Below, one piece after another: positions 1 to 11,959 of a stretch of 64,000 bases of DNA. The position numbers and the translations under genes are program-made. This stretch comes from Leucoraja ocellata. Lineage: Eukaryota. The notes under the pieces were generated by a model. The model did no database searches. It was not told the origin of the DNA and saw only the letters and a program-made list of their open reading frames with translations. Where the stretch lies: positions 744,001-808,000 of the forward strand of contig JAWMAR010000384.1 of assembly GCA_036785375.1 (NCBI GenBank). Direction: 5' to 3'. Each line of letters starts with the position of its first letter. Position 1 is the first letter of the stretch.

Positions 1-59
1 TGCTCAAAGGGCCGAACAGCCTACTCCTGCACCTATTTTCTATGTTTCTATGTTTCCAT
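1..59 (+). mobile_element. CR1 LINE 3' end
   Basis: GGGCCGAACAGCCTACTCCTGCACCTAT followed by a (TTTCTATG)n octamer tail. Confidence 0.85.
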
Positions 60-480
60 ATTACTCTCACTCACCACCAGCCCCACCCAGTTAATTCACA
101 GATGAAATAGGTTGGAATTGCTAAGTGAATAGTATTAGCAAGGTCACATATAACGATTACTGTCTGTCCTCGAATACGTTTCTACATGAGCGCCCCATTT
201 TGTTCGTGTGTGTGCGTGTGCGCGCGCGCGGCTCTATGAACCAATTTATCATCACACCAGTTTATAACATAACGTTCGGCAACATTTATCACCGGTTCTT
301 CCATAAGGTAAAATAATGAAGGTTGATTAAATACATTTGATTTTCTCTGATCAGAAATAAAAACCCAACACATGTATCGCTCTTAAGATTGAATTATTGA
401 TTTTAGTCGAGAGCTGTATTTGTATGTTAATCACGTGGGTAAACAAAACAAACCTGAATGTAATCTTTAGACCACTGTCT

Positions 481-486
481 TTTAAT
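481..486 (-). terminator. Candidate poly(A) signal ATTAAA for cluster 1 (paralog near 14668)
   Basis: tttaat on the plus strand about 215 nt past the C stop. Position-based guess only. Confidence 0.35.
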
Positions 487-700
487 GAATATTTGGGAAT
501 GCATTTAACAGATTGAATAACATTGGAGTTTCAATTCACAACGAGTTGCTTCAATTGAATGACGTTTACAAACAGCGAGACAAAGGACAATTTTACCGCA
601 AATGCTAGTCGATAATAGAGAATATTTTTATATCAATTTTTGACAAATGAAAGACGGAGCAACAATATTTGTCAGTTTGATTTGTTGGAATCTAGAGGTT

Positions 701-1023
701 TTACAGACAGCTGGACCTGGCGATGTTTGCCTGCAGCGGGCTTGCCTGCGACTCGTGTTTAACCACACAGGAGTAAAGATCGTGTGCGTTCCACACTGTG
801 GCTGGCAGAGTCAGGTAACTGCTCGCACTGAACGTGTTGTCCGCCTCCTGTTGGATCCGGCTGGTCTCAACGCCATCACTCCTCGCACTGCCGTCCACGG
901 TCCAGTCAATTTCCACAGCACCCGGATTAAAACCGTTCACCAAACACACCAGGGTGGCCGTTCCCTTTCCCGTCAATTCTTGCGCTGAAGGTCCAAGCAC
1001 GGACAACGCGGGGGGCTGAGGAT
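701..1023 (-). CDS. IGLC: Ig light-chain constant exon, cluster 1 (C1-set domain)
   Basis: PQPPALSVLGPS...TATLVCLVNGFNPG...W...YSCVVKHE...SSCL* has both domain cysteines, the tryptophan and the penultimate interchain cysteine. Acceptor is ttttaaatag|AT with AG at 1024-1025. Confidence 0.95.
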
Positions 1024-2486
1024 CTATTTAAAATAAAGTCACAGATTAGTAGGGCTGGCAGAACTGCTTCGGTTAAAACATTATCTTTGTTAAAAATCCA
1101 GTTGGTATAACATGGATTCATTTGTTCTAAGTGAGATCTCCAAACAATAACTGCTATTTATGGCAATGGGACAGAATATGCGCAGCAGCGTAAAATATAT
1201 TATTTCGGCAGTATTTTTAATTGATCTCCAGAGTATTATTTTCGTTGGCTCCAGCTACAATTAAGAAAACCCCAGCGTTTTACCCGACAGCCAGTTGCGG
1301 GTTTTCATTGCTGCCAAAGTTCCACTAAACTCGCTTAAAACTTTAGTTTAGTTTAAATACCTTCCCTTAATTCATCTGTTCATTTATTATGACCAGATGC
1401 CGAAATGTTACTAATGGTTGGATTTTAGCGACAAGAATATTTTGCCGTTTTCGCCATCAATGAACAGACTAGATTTGCAGCCACGTTAAATTTACGGTTT
1501 CTCGCATTGTAAATAGTCGTTGATAAGATTTACATTATTGCTGAAACGTTTATGTTTGTTTTTTCTCGACCAGTCTCTTCTCTTTGAAGTCATAATTCAG
1601 CTCAGATTTCCGAGCTTGAATAGCGAATCTTATTCCTTTTGCTTAATGGCACAACAGCAAAATGCGTTATAAGATGTCGCATGGAACAAAACTGATTTGA
1701 GGAAGGGACCCGAACCGAAAGTCACCTATCCATGTTCACCAGAGACGCTGCCCTACCCGCTGAGTCACCCCAGAGCTTTGTGTATTTTTTTTGTAAACCA
1801 GCACCGGCAGTTCCTTGTCCCTCCAAAGTTATTTCCCGTTCCCTTACGTTCGGTCTAACAATGTGGACGGAGTGGCTGGAGAAATCTATCGGCGGGACTC
1901 CGTGTTCTGCAATTATCCAGGCTTGATAATTGTCAACTCGCCGTCAGCAAAATATTTAACAATTTAAAAAAACAGCTGGACACCCGTTTCGTCCTTTCAT
2001 TGCTGTTGTCAACTAATTTGTCATAAAAGACTAGATCGTGGCCGAAAATTTAAAACATAGCGGCTTTAAATACCTTTTATTTTAGCTATTTAGTGTGAAA
2101 AATACAAACAGCAGTCATAGCATCAAGCCCTTTGATAGAGCTACGTCTAATAATTTGCCAAAGGAAAATTATTTTTAGTCGAACGCTGAACATAGATAAT
2201 TGCGTTAAAAGCTTTTCCTTTGAACCTTCGATTCGCGACAGAAAACCAATTACTTTTCACTGCTATATATCATTAACCCAAAGACCGAATATGCAAGAAG
2301 GAACTGCAGACCCATTCATGCCCTACAGAGATGCTGCCTGTTCAGCTTGTTGTGCTTATCTTCGGTTTAAACCAACATCTGCCGTTCCTTCCTAAAACCC
2401 TTTCCTTCTCTCCAGAGATGCTGCCTGTCTCGCTGCGTTACTCCAGCTTTTTGTGTCTACGCAGAGATAGAAGGTATTTTACTTAC

Positions 2487-2831
2487 TGCCAATACCCAGC
2501 CTCGTTCCTTTGCCGAAGATTATAGCACTTTTCCACACAGCACAGTAGTAGTCAGCAGCGTCCCCAGACTGTAAGTTCGATATTGTCAATGTTGCAGTGT
2601 TGCCTGACACTGATCCGGAGAAACGTTCAGAAACTCCCGAGCCTCTAGTAATGCTGCTGCCCGAGTAATAGTAGAACAGAAACCGCGGGACCGCTCCGGG
2701 AATCTGCTGGTACCAGGAAACGTCACTGTTACCTAAACTACCGCCAGACAGGGTACAGGCAATTTCCACGTTCTATCCCAGAGATGTGGATTTTGAAGAC
2801 GGCTGATTTACTGCAAATTGCGCATTTATAT
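2487..2831 (-). pseudogene. IGLV: Germline-joined VJ exon, cluster 1, with premature stop
   Basis: INAQFAVNQPSSKSTSLG*NVEIAC...WYQQ...DAADYYCAVWKSAIIFGKGTRLGIG. Donor GTAAGT at 2481-2486, acceptor tttctag with AG at 2832-2833. Confidence 0.92.
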
Positions 2832-2956
2832 CTAGAAAACAAACCAGATAAAAGTAGAATATTAACTCATATCAGATAAACAGTAGAATTATCACGGATA
2901 GAAAGGTTTAATCGTACTCGAGATTAAATATCATGTCGGTTGAAGTAAATACTCAC

Positions 2957-3005
2957 AAGCTGCGGAAAACGCTAACGCATAGACTAGAGAGATCCAGCAA
3001 GACAT
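2957..3005 (-). CDS. Leader (signal peptide) exon, cluster 1
   Basis: ATG at 3005 gives MSCWISLVYALAFSAA plus 1 nt, then donor GTGAGT at 2951-2956. Splices in phase 1 to the VJ exon. Confidence 0.9.
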
Positions 3006-3059
3006 TGTAATGAATTGTCCGGAGAACGCCATGTGAAGTGGCTCCTCAGTGTTTCACTC

Positions 3060-3155
3060 CTGGTCGCTTATGAACCGTGTGACAAGGCGTCACCTCGAGT
3101 TCCTTATCTATCCTTGAACAGTCAAATCAGAATGCGTGTTGCGCCAATCAGAAGT
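3060..3155 (-). promoter_or_regulatory. Putative IgL promoter, cluster 1 (TATA-like TTCATAAG, CRE-like TGACGCC, inverted CCAAT)
   Basis: Motifs at 3067-3074, 3086-3092 and 3144-3148 recur at the same spacing upstream of all five leaders. Confidence 0.55.
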
Positions 3156-5604
3156 TGCCAGATTCTTCCTGGGTCAAATTATTTCCAAGGTAAATAAGGA
3201 TTTGGTGTCGAATATCTCGGTACAATTTATCCCGGTACATTTGTACCTCGGGACGATTTAATATGGACTCAATCACATAAGATACTTTGTTTAGTTTGAA
3301 AGGAGGTGTTGAATTATTCCTTTTCATTTATTCTGAATCTTTTGCTGTGCAGTTGCACGGCATGCGCCTTCAAATAAATTAATCGAATAACCTCATCATA
3401 ATTCCTGGCGACTGCTCATTCACTCTTGAAAAATGAAGGGATACATTCCAACAGGGGCTGAAGAATCCGATCTCATGGTCTCGCACTACTGTACGCGACA
3501 TGTATCTTCACCCTTTTAGTTGCACACACACATTTTATTTGAAACTGGTAAATATTCTGATGAAGACGGTGTGTAGGAAATCTTTCAAAGCGCAATGTGA
3601 AGAAACAATTGTCTTCAAAATGATTTACGAATTTGCAAATTTGGGGGTCAATGCACCGTCAACACCGCTGTAATTCTGGAAAGCATGCTTGCTAGCAGCA
3701 CACATGTTCACTTGCTTAGCACGGGCAATTGACTTAATTGAGAAAAGAAATTGAGAAACATGTTTAATCGACATGTTAGTAGCTGCTGGCGAGATTTATA
3801 TATGAAAGACCTCGATGTCTGCACGTGCTTGCAATGCTATGATATAATTTCTGTCCAACTTCATCTGACATATGAAATGATATTTACATGCAACCAGCGT
3901 TGCCTTATACTTGGTCTAATGTACGCAGATTTTATATCGCAACCTAATCGCGCTAGTTGTCGCGGCAGCGCTCCTATCGCTTTGTGTATTATCCCTGCAG
4001 GGTAGTAACACTGGGCGAATCAGTGCTAACGGCGATGAACAAGAAAATACAGTCAAAAAACTGTCTACATTTTCAAAATGTTGATATTTGGACTAACGAT
4101 TTCGCTGGTAATTAATCAAAGGAGACCGGGCTGTTCTGCTGATGTGTCTGGACAGTTAATACTCGCATCTCATAAAAGTCCTCAGATCGATGACATGCAA
4201 ACAGGTCAAGCAAAGGCATCAATGTCTTTTGAAATCGACCTTCTTGCAATTCAGAAACCTAATTTCGGGACTATTCTTACCCCTTCCATGCATACTTTTA
4301 TGCATCCTCTTCATTTATTGTCAGTGTGTCTAGCACTGGCACAGACAGCACTCCTAGCTATTATTTTATCTACCACGCGTATTCCTTTCACAGGCCTGTG
4401 ATCACAAATGATATTAGAGGTATTTTGGCGAAGTAGTATTTCTTTTAAGTGTATTGTCCAAAGAAGGAAAACGATGCATATACTAGAGGCCATATGCTAT
4501 CGTAAATCGAATGCTAGCTATCATGAAACAGAGAGTAGGCAGAATTGGGTCTGGTTCTGATTTGTAAGGACTACCACTGTCGTATTGCAAGTAAGTGCGT
4601 GTGCCCTCAACCCCAGCTTCGGTTTCCTTACAATATATTTGAATTCCATATGATCTGATCTCTGATGTGGCAACACAGTCATATTCCTTTATTCATACCA
4701 TTGATTGTTCTGTTGATAGTTTTTATTTTGCCACAGAGAATTCAACCATCCCTTCAGTTGTGTTCCACATAAAGTCACTATAGTCCAGAATATAGTTCTT
4801 TTCAGAGTTATGCTTATCTGAATATTGGTTAATCTTCTCTATCGAAAAATATCTCGATCGTTATTTGCGGGCAAGTGTCACAGCTTGGTTATTTGGCTAA
4901 ATAACAGTCAATAAACTGAAGGTAAACGTAAGTGGAGCGCCATATTGAGATTGGTTTATTGAGGCTTAAGCTCAAGAGGCTTCTGTGAGGGTTACCGGAG
5001 GATAAGGTTTGGTCTGTCACTTGATGTTGGCTTTGCAGCACAACCTGGTCTTGGTGTGATAGAGATGGAGGCTTGTGTGCTCAGCCTGTGGGATGTTGGG
5101 TCTGAAGAAGACGTAGCGTCTCTGAACATTACATCTGCAGGAGGTGTGTCCAGGTGCAGCTCCTGAAAGATTAGTGATCTGCAGTTGCAATTGGATGACC
5201 TCGTGTTCGTCCAGACAGTGAGCAAGTCATAGTGAGGTACTCATACCTGTGGTGAGGACACAGAATAGATGGGTGACAACCAGCAAAGGGAATAGATAGA
5301 GGGTTCAGGAATCCCCCGTAGACATTCCCCTGCAAAACTGCTATGTTCTTTTGCAACTGTTGAGGGGACAGCAGCAGCAGTCAGGTCTGTGGCACTGGGC
5401 CTGTCTCTGATGTGCAGCGGTATGAAGTTAGACAGAGTGATTGTGATAAATACATTGGTGAAGTGGACAGGAGCAAATAGGCCTCATGGATGGACTGTTG
5501 CCTCTCTGGTGCAAGGATCTAGGATGTCCTGGAGCGGCTGCAGATCATTTTTAAAGTGGTGGGTGGACAGACAGAAGTCGTTTTGCATGTCAGCACAAAT
5601 GATA

Positions 5605-8265
5605 TAATAATAATAATAATAATAAACTTTATTTCGGACTCGAGGTCCAGACAAGGGACAACATTACATAAAAATACATTGCATATAAAAAACATAAAAT
5701 ACATATACAATCTTAGTATGTCACATAATAGCATCATACATTATATATAAAAAAAAACACAATACATGATTTAAAATCCCGAATAAAATGATCAATGTCC
5801 AACAACGAAACAGCGATACCAGTGTCTCCATAAGTGGGATTCGTAACGTGTAGAGCTAAACATTATGTTTGACAAAGCAACGATAATTACATTTTCAAGT
5901 CATTTATCCTGCCAATTAATTTATACATATGATTTCTTAGGATAGGTCCTGCAGCCACAAACATGTTACTAGCACTACACCATCTAGGTTTCCTCAGCAG
6001 TATTCTCATGGCATTATTATAGGCCACCTTTACTCTCTGCAAACTTGTCTTTCAGTACTTCAACCACAGGTGTGCAGTATAGAGTGGTGTGCAGTATGCT
6101 CTAAACAGCGACATCTTCACCACATCTGTACACGCACCAAACTTATGCAAGAGAATATTCGCCTGTACATACAGCATAGTCGTTGCCTATAAAAATTATC
6201 ATAGAAACATAGAAACATCGAAAATAGGTGCAGGAGTAGGCCATTTGGCCCGTCGAGCCTGCACCGCCATTCAATATGATCATGGCTGATCATCCAACTC
6301 AGTATCCTGTACCTGCCTTCTCTCCATACCCCCTGATCCCTTTAGCCACAAGGGCCACATCTAACTCTCTCTTAAATATAGCCAATGAACTGGCCTCAAC
6401 TACCTTCTGTGGCAGAAAATTCCAGAGATTCACCACTCTATGTGTGAAAAATGTTTTCCTCATCTCCGTCCTAAAATATTTCCCCCTAATCCTTAAACTG
6501 TGACCCTTGTTCTGGACTTCCCCAAGATCGGGAACAATCTTTCAGCATCTAGCCTGTCCAACCCCTTAAGAATTTTGTAAGTTTCTATAGGATTCCCCCA
6601 CCTTGCAGCCTCCTAGCATCCTCCTCACAGCTAACACTGCCCCCCAGCTTCGTGTCATCCGCAAACTTGGAGATGTTGCATTCAATTCCCTCATCCAAAT
6701 GATTAATACTGTATATATCGTAAATAGCTGGGGTTCCAGCACTGAGCCTTGCGGTACCCCACTAGTCACTGCCTGCCATTGTGAAAAGGATCCGTTTACT
6801 CCTACTTTTTGCTTCCTATCTGCCAGCCAGTTCTCTATCCACATCAATACTGAACCCCCAATACAGTGTGCCTTAAGTTTGTATACTAATCTCTTATGTG
6901 GGATCTTGTCGAAAGCCTTCTGAAAGTCCAGATATAACACATCCACTGGTTCTCCCTTATCCACTCTACTAGTTACATCCTCGAAAAATTCTATAAGGTT
7001 CGTCAGACATGATTTACCTTTCATAAATCCATAAATCCTTATTACAGACACTAAGATTATTGTCAGACAATTTATAATCAGGAAATGTTAGACATTTATC
7101 CCCTTTGGTTCTACAGATCATAACAGCAGTCTTACAAGCGTTACATTTAATATCATGTTCCACACCATGCACAGAACATTAAGTACGGAGCTGCTGCAGA
7201 CCAGCGCTAGATGGACTAAAGACCACAAGATTATCTGCATACATAATATGGTTCACTAAAAAATTGCCAATCATGCACCCATTATTACAGGCTTTCAATT
7301 GCTTGGACAGATCATCAATATAAAGATTAAAAAGGACTGGGGAGAAAATTCCCCCTTGTCTAACACCATTGGCAACCCTAAATGAGGGTGGGACCCTATT
7401 GCCCCATTTTATTTGCATAATCTGGTGCACATAACAGTAAACCAGAATTATCACAATGTATATAGGCACCGCCCTCTGACTCATTTTAACAAACAGCTTT
7501 CTATGATTAACACGATGAAAAGCTTTGGAAGCATCAATAAAGCACATCAGAATTGAAGTTTTTGCCTCTATATTTGTTTGCAATCTCCTTTAGGTCATAT
7601 ATGCACAAGTCAGTGCCATGTTTAGTCTTAAAACCAAACTGGTTATCTGTGGAGTTAACAAACTCATTTACTCTATCCGGCAGAATTCTTTCTAAGACCT
7701 TTGACAATATGTTGGCTAAAGCTATGCGCCTGTAATTATTTAGGCTGCCTATTTTACCAGCTTTGTCCTTAATGACCGGCAGTAGCAGAACAGGCAACAT
7801 TGAGGCTGGTAACAAGCCATGAATCATAACGCCAGTAAGACAAATAGCAAGGAGAGGAGCTATCCTCATACTCGCATACTTAAGATGTTCAGCAGAAATA
7901 TGATCCAAGCCACTTGCTTTGTTGTTGGACAGCTTGTTCATGACATGATACACCTCATGTGACATCACCACTGAGTAATTACTCTCAATATTGTCCACCC
8001 TATACAAATCATCTTGGACACAGTTGAATAAAGTGCTATAATGTTGTCGCCATAAGTCCGCGATATTAGCTGTCCTGGAGATTCCATCTACAGTGCATGG
8101 TAGAGATGTTTTACAACTGTTAAGAGCTCTTTCCAAAAACCAGTATCATTGTTACTTAGCAGCTTCTTAGCCATGGAATCAGCCCTCATAGTTTGCTCAT
8201 TTTTACAGATGAAGCGAACACCATACTTATATCTTGTATTAGTGAGCTTCATTTACTCAAACACA
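5605..8265 (-). mobile_element. RTE-X-like non-LTR retrotransposon, 5'-truncated and frameshifted
   Basis: RT motifs NYRRIAL, QFGFK, CFIDASKAFHRVNH, GVRQGGIFSPVLFNLYIDDL and YADNLV in ORFs 7534-8136 and 7179-7583. The 3' end has AATAAA plus a (TAT)n tail at 5605-5633. Clade call is from motif resemblance only. Confidence 0.75.
6200..7035 (-). mobile_element. Young CR1 LINE fragment nested in the RTE-X-like element
   Basis: RT motifs [25 protein letters not shown] and SGVPQGSVL. (TTTCTATG)n tail at 6200. Internal deletion near 6600. Confidence 0.92.
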
Positions 8266-9411
8266 TGTGTAGAAAACTGGATGAGGTCCTAAAGAGGAGT
8301 AAAAAGATTTGGGAAAAAAGTTAGGAAAAGGGAATGGGTCCTGTGGAGAGAATATAGGGAGTTCAGCAAAATATAACGAAGGGCAATGTGGTCTAACGGC
8401 GTGTCTATGGGGAGTTTGGTAAAAAGTTAAAATTCCCACCTGGTGGGTGGTAATCTCTAGATTACTACAGTTACCACGTTAGTGAGGGTAGCACTAGGAG
8501 GATAGGACAGAAGAATGCACGACTGAGGAGTTGGTGCAGGGGAAAGGATTCAGATTGTAGACCATTGACATTTCTATTGCCGTAAAGGCGACCTGCACAA
8601 GAGGGACAGTTTGCACTTGAACTGAAGGGACACCAACATCCTTGCGGTGTAGTTTGCTCGTACTACTCTGGATAATTTAAGATGGAATGGACAGAGAATG
8701 GGAACGAAAGTAGCAAGTTTGCAAATGGAAAGGCTGACAAGAAGTGGAGGTTATAACAAGTAATGCTCAAAGGAATAATGAGCAGGGAGTGGTTCATGAT
8801 TATGTGGCAATTAGAGGATGAAATGTTTACTTCAGTGCAGGGATTATTGTGGATAAAGCAAAATGAACGTAGATAGTCGAGATCAGTGCTTGGAGTAATA
8901 AAGTTGTGGCCATTATGGAAACTTGTTTGTTGGAGAGACATGACTGGCAGTTCAATGTATCAGGGCTTCGATATTTAAGATGGTGGTACTCAGAGGGGAC
9001 ATAACTGGAGGATACATCTATTGAGGCATATGGGGTGTGCATAAAAATAAGAAAGGAACAGTCTCTCTAATGGGATTATATTATGGGACACCCAATAAGC
9101 AGCGGGAGATGGATCGGATATGCAAACAAAACTACAGTGTTGTTGTAGTGGGTATCGTTAACTTCCCCAACATTGACGGTTTTGTGTTCAGTGGATGGGA
9201 GTTAAATGAGGCAGAATTTATGAAGTATATCCAAGAAGTTTTCCTTAAACGGTGTTTGGGTAGTCTGAATCCGGGAGGGACGATACTGGACATTGTGTTG
9301 GGAAATGAACTTGGCCAGGTAACTGGTGGTATGCTGGAATACTGGCCTACTCCTGCACCTATTTTCTATGTTTCTATGTAAGAGCACTTGGCAATACTGA
9401 CCACAACTTTA

Positions 9412-9800
9412 CATAGAAACATAGAAACATAGAAAATAAGTGCAGGTGCAGGAGTAGGCCATTCGGCCGTTCGAGCCTGCACCGCCATTCAATATGATCA
9501 TGGCTGACCATCCAACTCAGTATCCTGTACCTGCCTTCTCTCCATACCCCCTGATCCCTTTAGCCACAAGGGCCACATCTAACCCCTTAAATATAGCCAA
9601 CTAACTGGCCTCAACTACATTCTGTGGCAGAGAATTCCAGAGATTCACCACTCTATGTGTAAAAAATGTTTTTCTCATCACAGTCCTGAAAGATTTCCCC
9701 TTTATCCTTAAACTGTGACTCCTTGTTCTGGACTTCCCCATCATCGGGAACAATCTTCCTGCATCTAGCCTGTCCAACCGCTTAAGAATTTTGTAAGTTA
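9412..9800 (-). mobile_element. CR1 LINE 3' fragment
   Basis: Same 3' UTR and octamer tail as the other young CR1 copies. Confidence 0.9.
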
Positions 9801-10982
9801 CAAGGTTTAATATTTGTTTGAATAAGTATTAGTCTGGATCTTCACAGAAGCAAAACAGATTAAAATGTCATTAGGCAGGAGCTTGGGAGCAGTTGTTGTT
9901 GAGTATGTTCACAGCTAACATATGGGAGTTATTTAACCAAAGTACAGGATCAGCATGTTCCAGTAAGGAGGATAGATAACGATGGCATGGTAAGGGACCC
10001 GTGAATGACCACAGTGGTTATAAACCTTTTCAGAAACAAAACGGAAGCTATGACAGATTTAACAAAGTGGCATCATACGGGGATTGTGAGGAATGGCAAG
10101 TAGCAAAGAGCTGAACCGGGTGATTAGTAAGGCCAAACTGGTCATGAAATATAATTGATGAGTTGGGTTTCAGAAAATCCTGCGGCTTTTTATACATATG
10201 TTAAAAACAAGAAGGATGCCAAGAGATATGGTAGGCCTGATCAAGGATATAGTGTAATTGTTAAGCGAATGTGTACTGCATCTATATTCACCAAGGAGAA
10301 AGACGTGGATGACGGTTAGATCAGTGTGGAGAAAACTAATATGCTATGTTTGTTTGTGGTTTATTGTTATTGTCACATGTCTCCCTTTTGCCAAATTCAA
10401 ACCGGGAACATAAGAAGAAGGAATAAGTAAGTTGTTCAAGGCTTCACCGGGAGTCATGTGTTCTTCTTCTTGGTTCTTGGTTCTCCAAAATATTCCAAAT
10501 GGAATTTAAACTGGATGTGGCGGAGGGTGGACTTAAGCAAAAAAGGGCCCTTGGAGAAGAAGAGCTACCTTAAATGCAGTTGCGTCTGGTTGGGTAACTA
10601 TGGTAGGGTGAAGACTATTCCATGCTTTAATTGTGCAGGGGAAGAATGCTGAACACATCAGTCTTAGTAGCTGGTATCTCAAATTGGATCGAATGGGATA
10701 GACTCTTCCAGGCAGAACTGCCTTTTCGATCACGGTTGTTCCCCTGCCAGGTAAGTGGGCCTGGGCCTCATCCATTGTCAGAGTGTGGCCCAGTGCAAAT
10801 TGGAGGAACAGCACCTCATATTTCGCTTGGCAGCTCACACCCCCAGTCAAGAGTCAAGACTCCCCTAGTAAAATTCGACCACATTGGTTCAATATTTGTG
10901 TTGGGAGGAACTGCAGATGCTGCTTTAAACCTAAGATAGGCACAAAGGCCGGAGTAACTCAGCGGGTCAGGCACCACAACTT

Positions 10983-11368
10983 TACATAGAAACATAGAAA
11001 CATAGAAAATAGGTGCAGGAGTAGGCCAATCGGCCCTTCGAGCCTGCACCGCCATTCAATATGATCATGGCTGACCATCCAACTCAGTATCCTGTACCTG
11101 CCTTCTCTCCATACCCACTGATCCCTTTAGCCACAAGGGCCACATCTAACTCCTTCTTAAATATTGCCAATGAACTGGCCGCAAACTACATTCTGTGCAG
11201 AGAATTCCAGAGATTCACCACTCTCTGTGTAAAAAATGTTTTTCTTATCACAGTCCTGAAAGATTTCCCCTTTATCCTTAAACTGTGACCCCTTGTTCTG
11301 GACTTCCCCATCATCGGGAACAATCTTCCTGCATCTAGCCTGTCAACCTCTGAAGAATTTTGTAAGTT
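10983..11368 (-). mobile_element. CR1 LINE 3' fragment (part of a local duplication of 9400-9870)
   Basis: Same truncation point and same flanks as 9412-9800. Confidence 0.88.
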
Positions 11369-11605
11369 ACAAGGTTTAATATTTTGTTTGAATAAGTATT
11401 GGTCTGGATCTTCACAGAAGCAAAACAGATTAAAATGTCACCGGAGAAAAGGAATAGGTCACACTTCGGGTCGAGACCCTTCCTCAGACTGAGCCAGGTA
11501 AGTGAAACGAGAGATATAGACGGTGATACAGAGGTGCATATAGAACAAATGAATGAAAGATATCCAAAAAAAGTAACGATGATCAAGGAAACGGACGACT
11601 AGCAT

Positions 11606-11637
<32 letters not shown>
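11606..11637 (+). repeat. Poly-G run (poly-C runs also at about 15994-16020, 21956-21975 and 55821-55839)
   Basis: Read directly. Confidence 0.95.
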
Positions 11638-11959
11638 CGGGGAGAGAGGTGATGCAACGGTTACTTGAAAGGTTAGAGAATTCCTGGTTGTAATCTGCCC
11701 AAGCAGGTGCTGTTCCTCCACTTTACACTGGGCCTCACTCTGACAGTGGAGGAGGCCCAGGACAGAAAGGTCAGTGGGGAATGGGAAAGGAAGTTGAACG
11801 TTTAAACAAACTCCAGTGTCCCGCCCTTTTCCCACTCCCTTAATCGCTTAAAGTTCTTTCGATGTCAATCTGTTTGAGTATCGGCAAGCATTATGGAGTA
11901 AAGTATCCAAACATTATAATCGCATCCAGCAAGAATACTTTTCTTTTCAGTCCTGATGA

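Larger units (their letters stand above)
701..3005 (-). pseudogene. IGL: IgL cluster 1 (type II/lambda-like, germline-joined L-VJ-C), probable pseudogene from a nonsense codon in FR1
   Basis: Exons are L 2957-3005, VJ 2487-2831 and C 701-1023, with GT/AG phase-1 splice sites. The VJ exon reads CTG GGA TAG AAC GTG (stop at 2773-2775) where cluster 2 has CTG GGA CAG AAC GTG. Confidence 0.88.
1..4240 (+). repeat. Segmental duplication, subfamily A unit (paralog about 14188-18380)
   Basis: Colinear near-identity at an offset of about 14.15-14.19 kb across 3' flank, C, intron, VJ, leader and upstream DNA. Homology resumes at about 4240-4850 versus 19925-20740. Confidence 0.95.
4900..10345 (+). 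mobile_element. Old degenerate CR1 LINE (ORF1 esterase and ORF2 endonuclease remnants), split by later insertions
   Basis: Remnant peptides VVLHVSTND (near 5580, SGNH-esterase GTND-like) and VVVGIVNFPNID...ILDIVLGNE (9140-9310, APE-like). Interrupted at 5605-8265 and 9412-9800. Boundaries approximate. Confidence 0.75.

Noticed and set aside
125-373. Short ORFs repeated at 14312-14560 and similar recurring ORFs in the duplicated units
   Set aside because: Recurrence is explained by recent DNA duplication. No protein motifs.
792-800. CACAGTG heptamer (plus-strand cactgtg) in the C exons of clusters 1 and 2
   Set aside because: It lies inside coding sequence (ATV codons), far from any V or J end, and I saw no nonamer at 12 or 23 spacing.
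647-1019. Plus-strand ORFs overlapping the C and VJ exons
   Set aside because: Antisense shadows of Ig coding sequence.
2487-3005. Processed (retroposed) or somatically rearranged origin of the joined VJ exons
   Set aside because: Leader-V and J-C introns and upstream promoter motifs are retained, and five copies share the same junction length, which fits germline joining followed by duplication.
6200-6235. Recurring CATAGAAA arrays as CRISPR-like repeats
   Set aside because: These are CR1 LINE 3' octamer tails with no spacers, in eukaryotic DNA.
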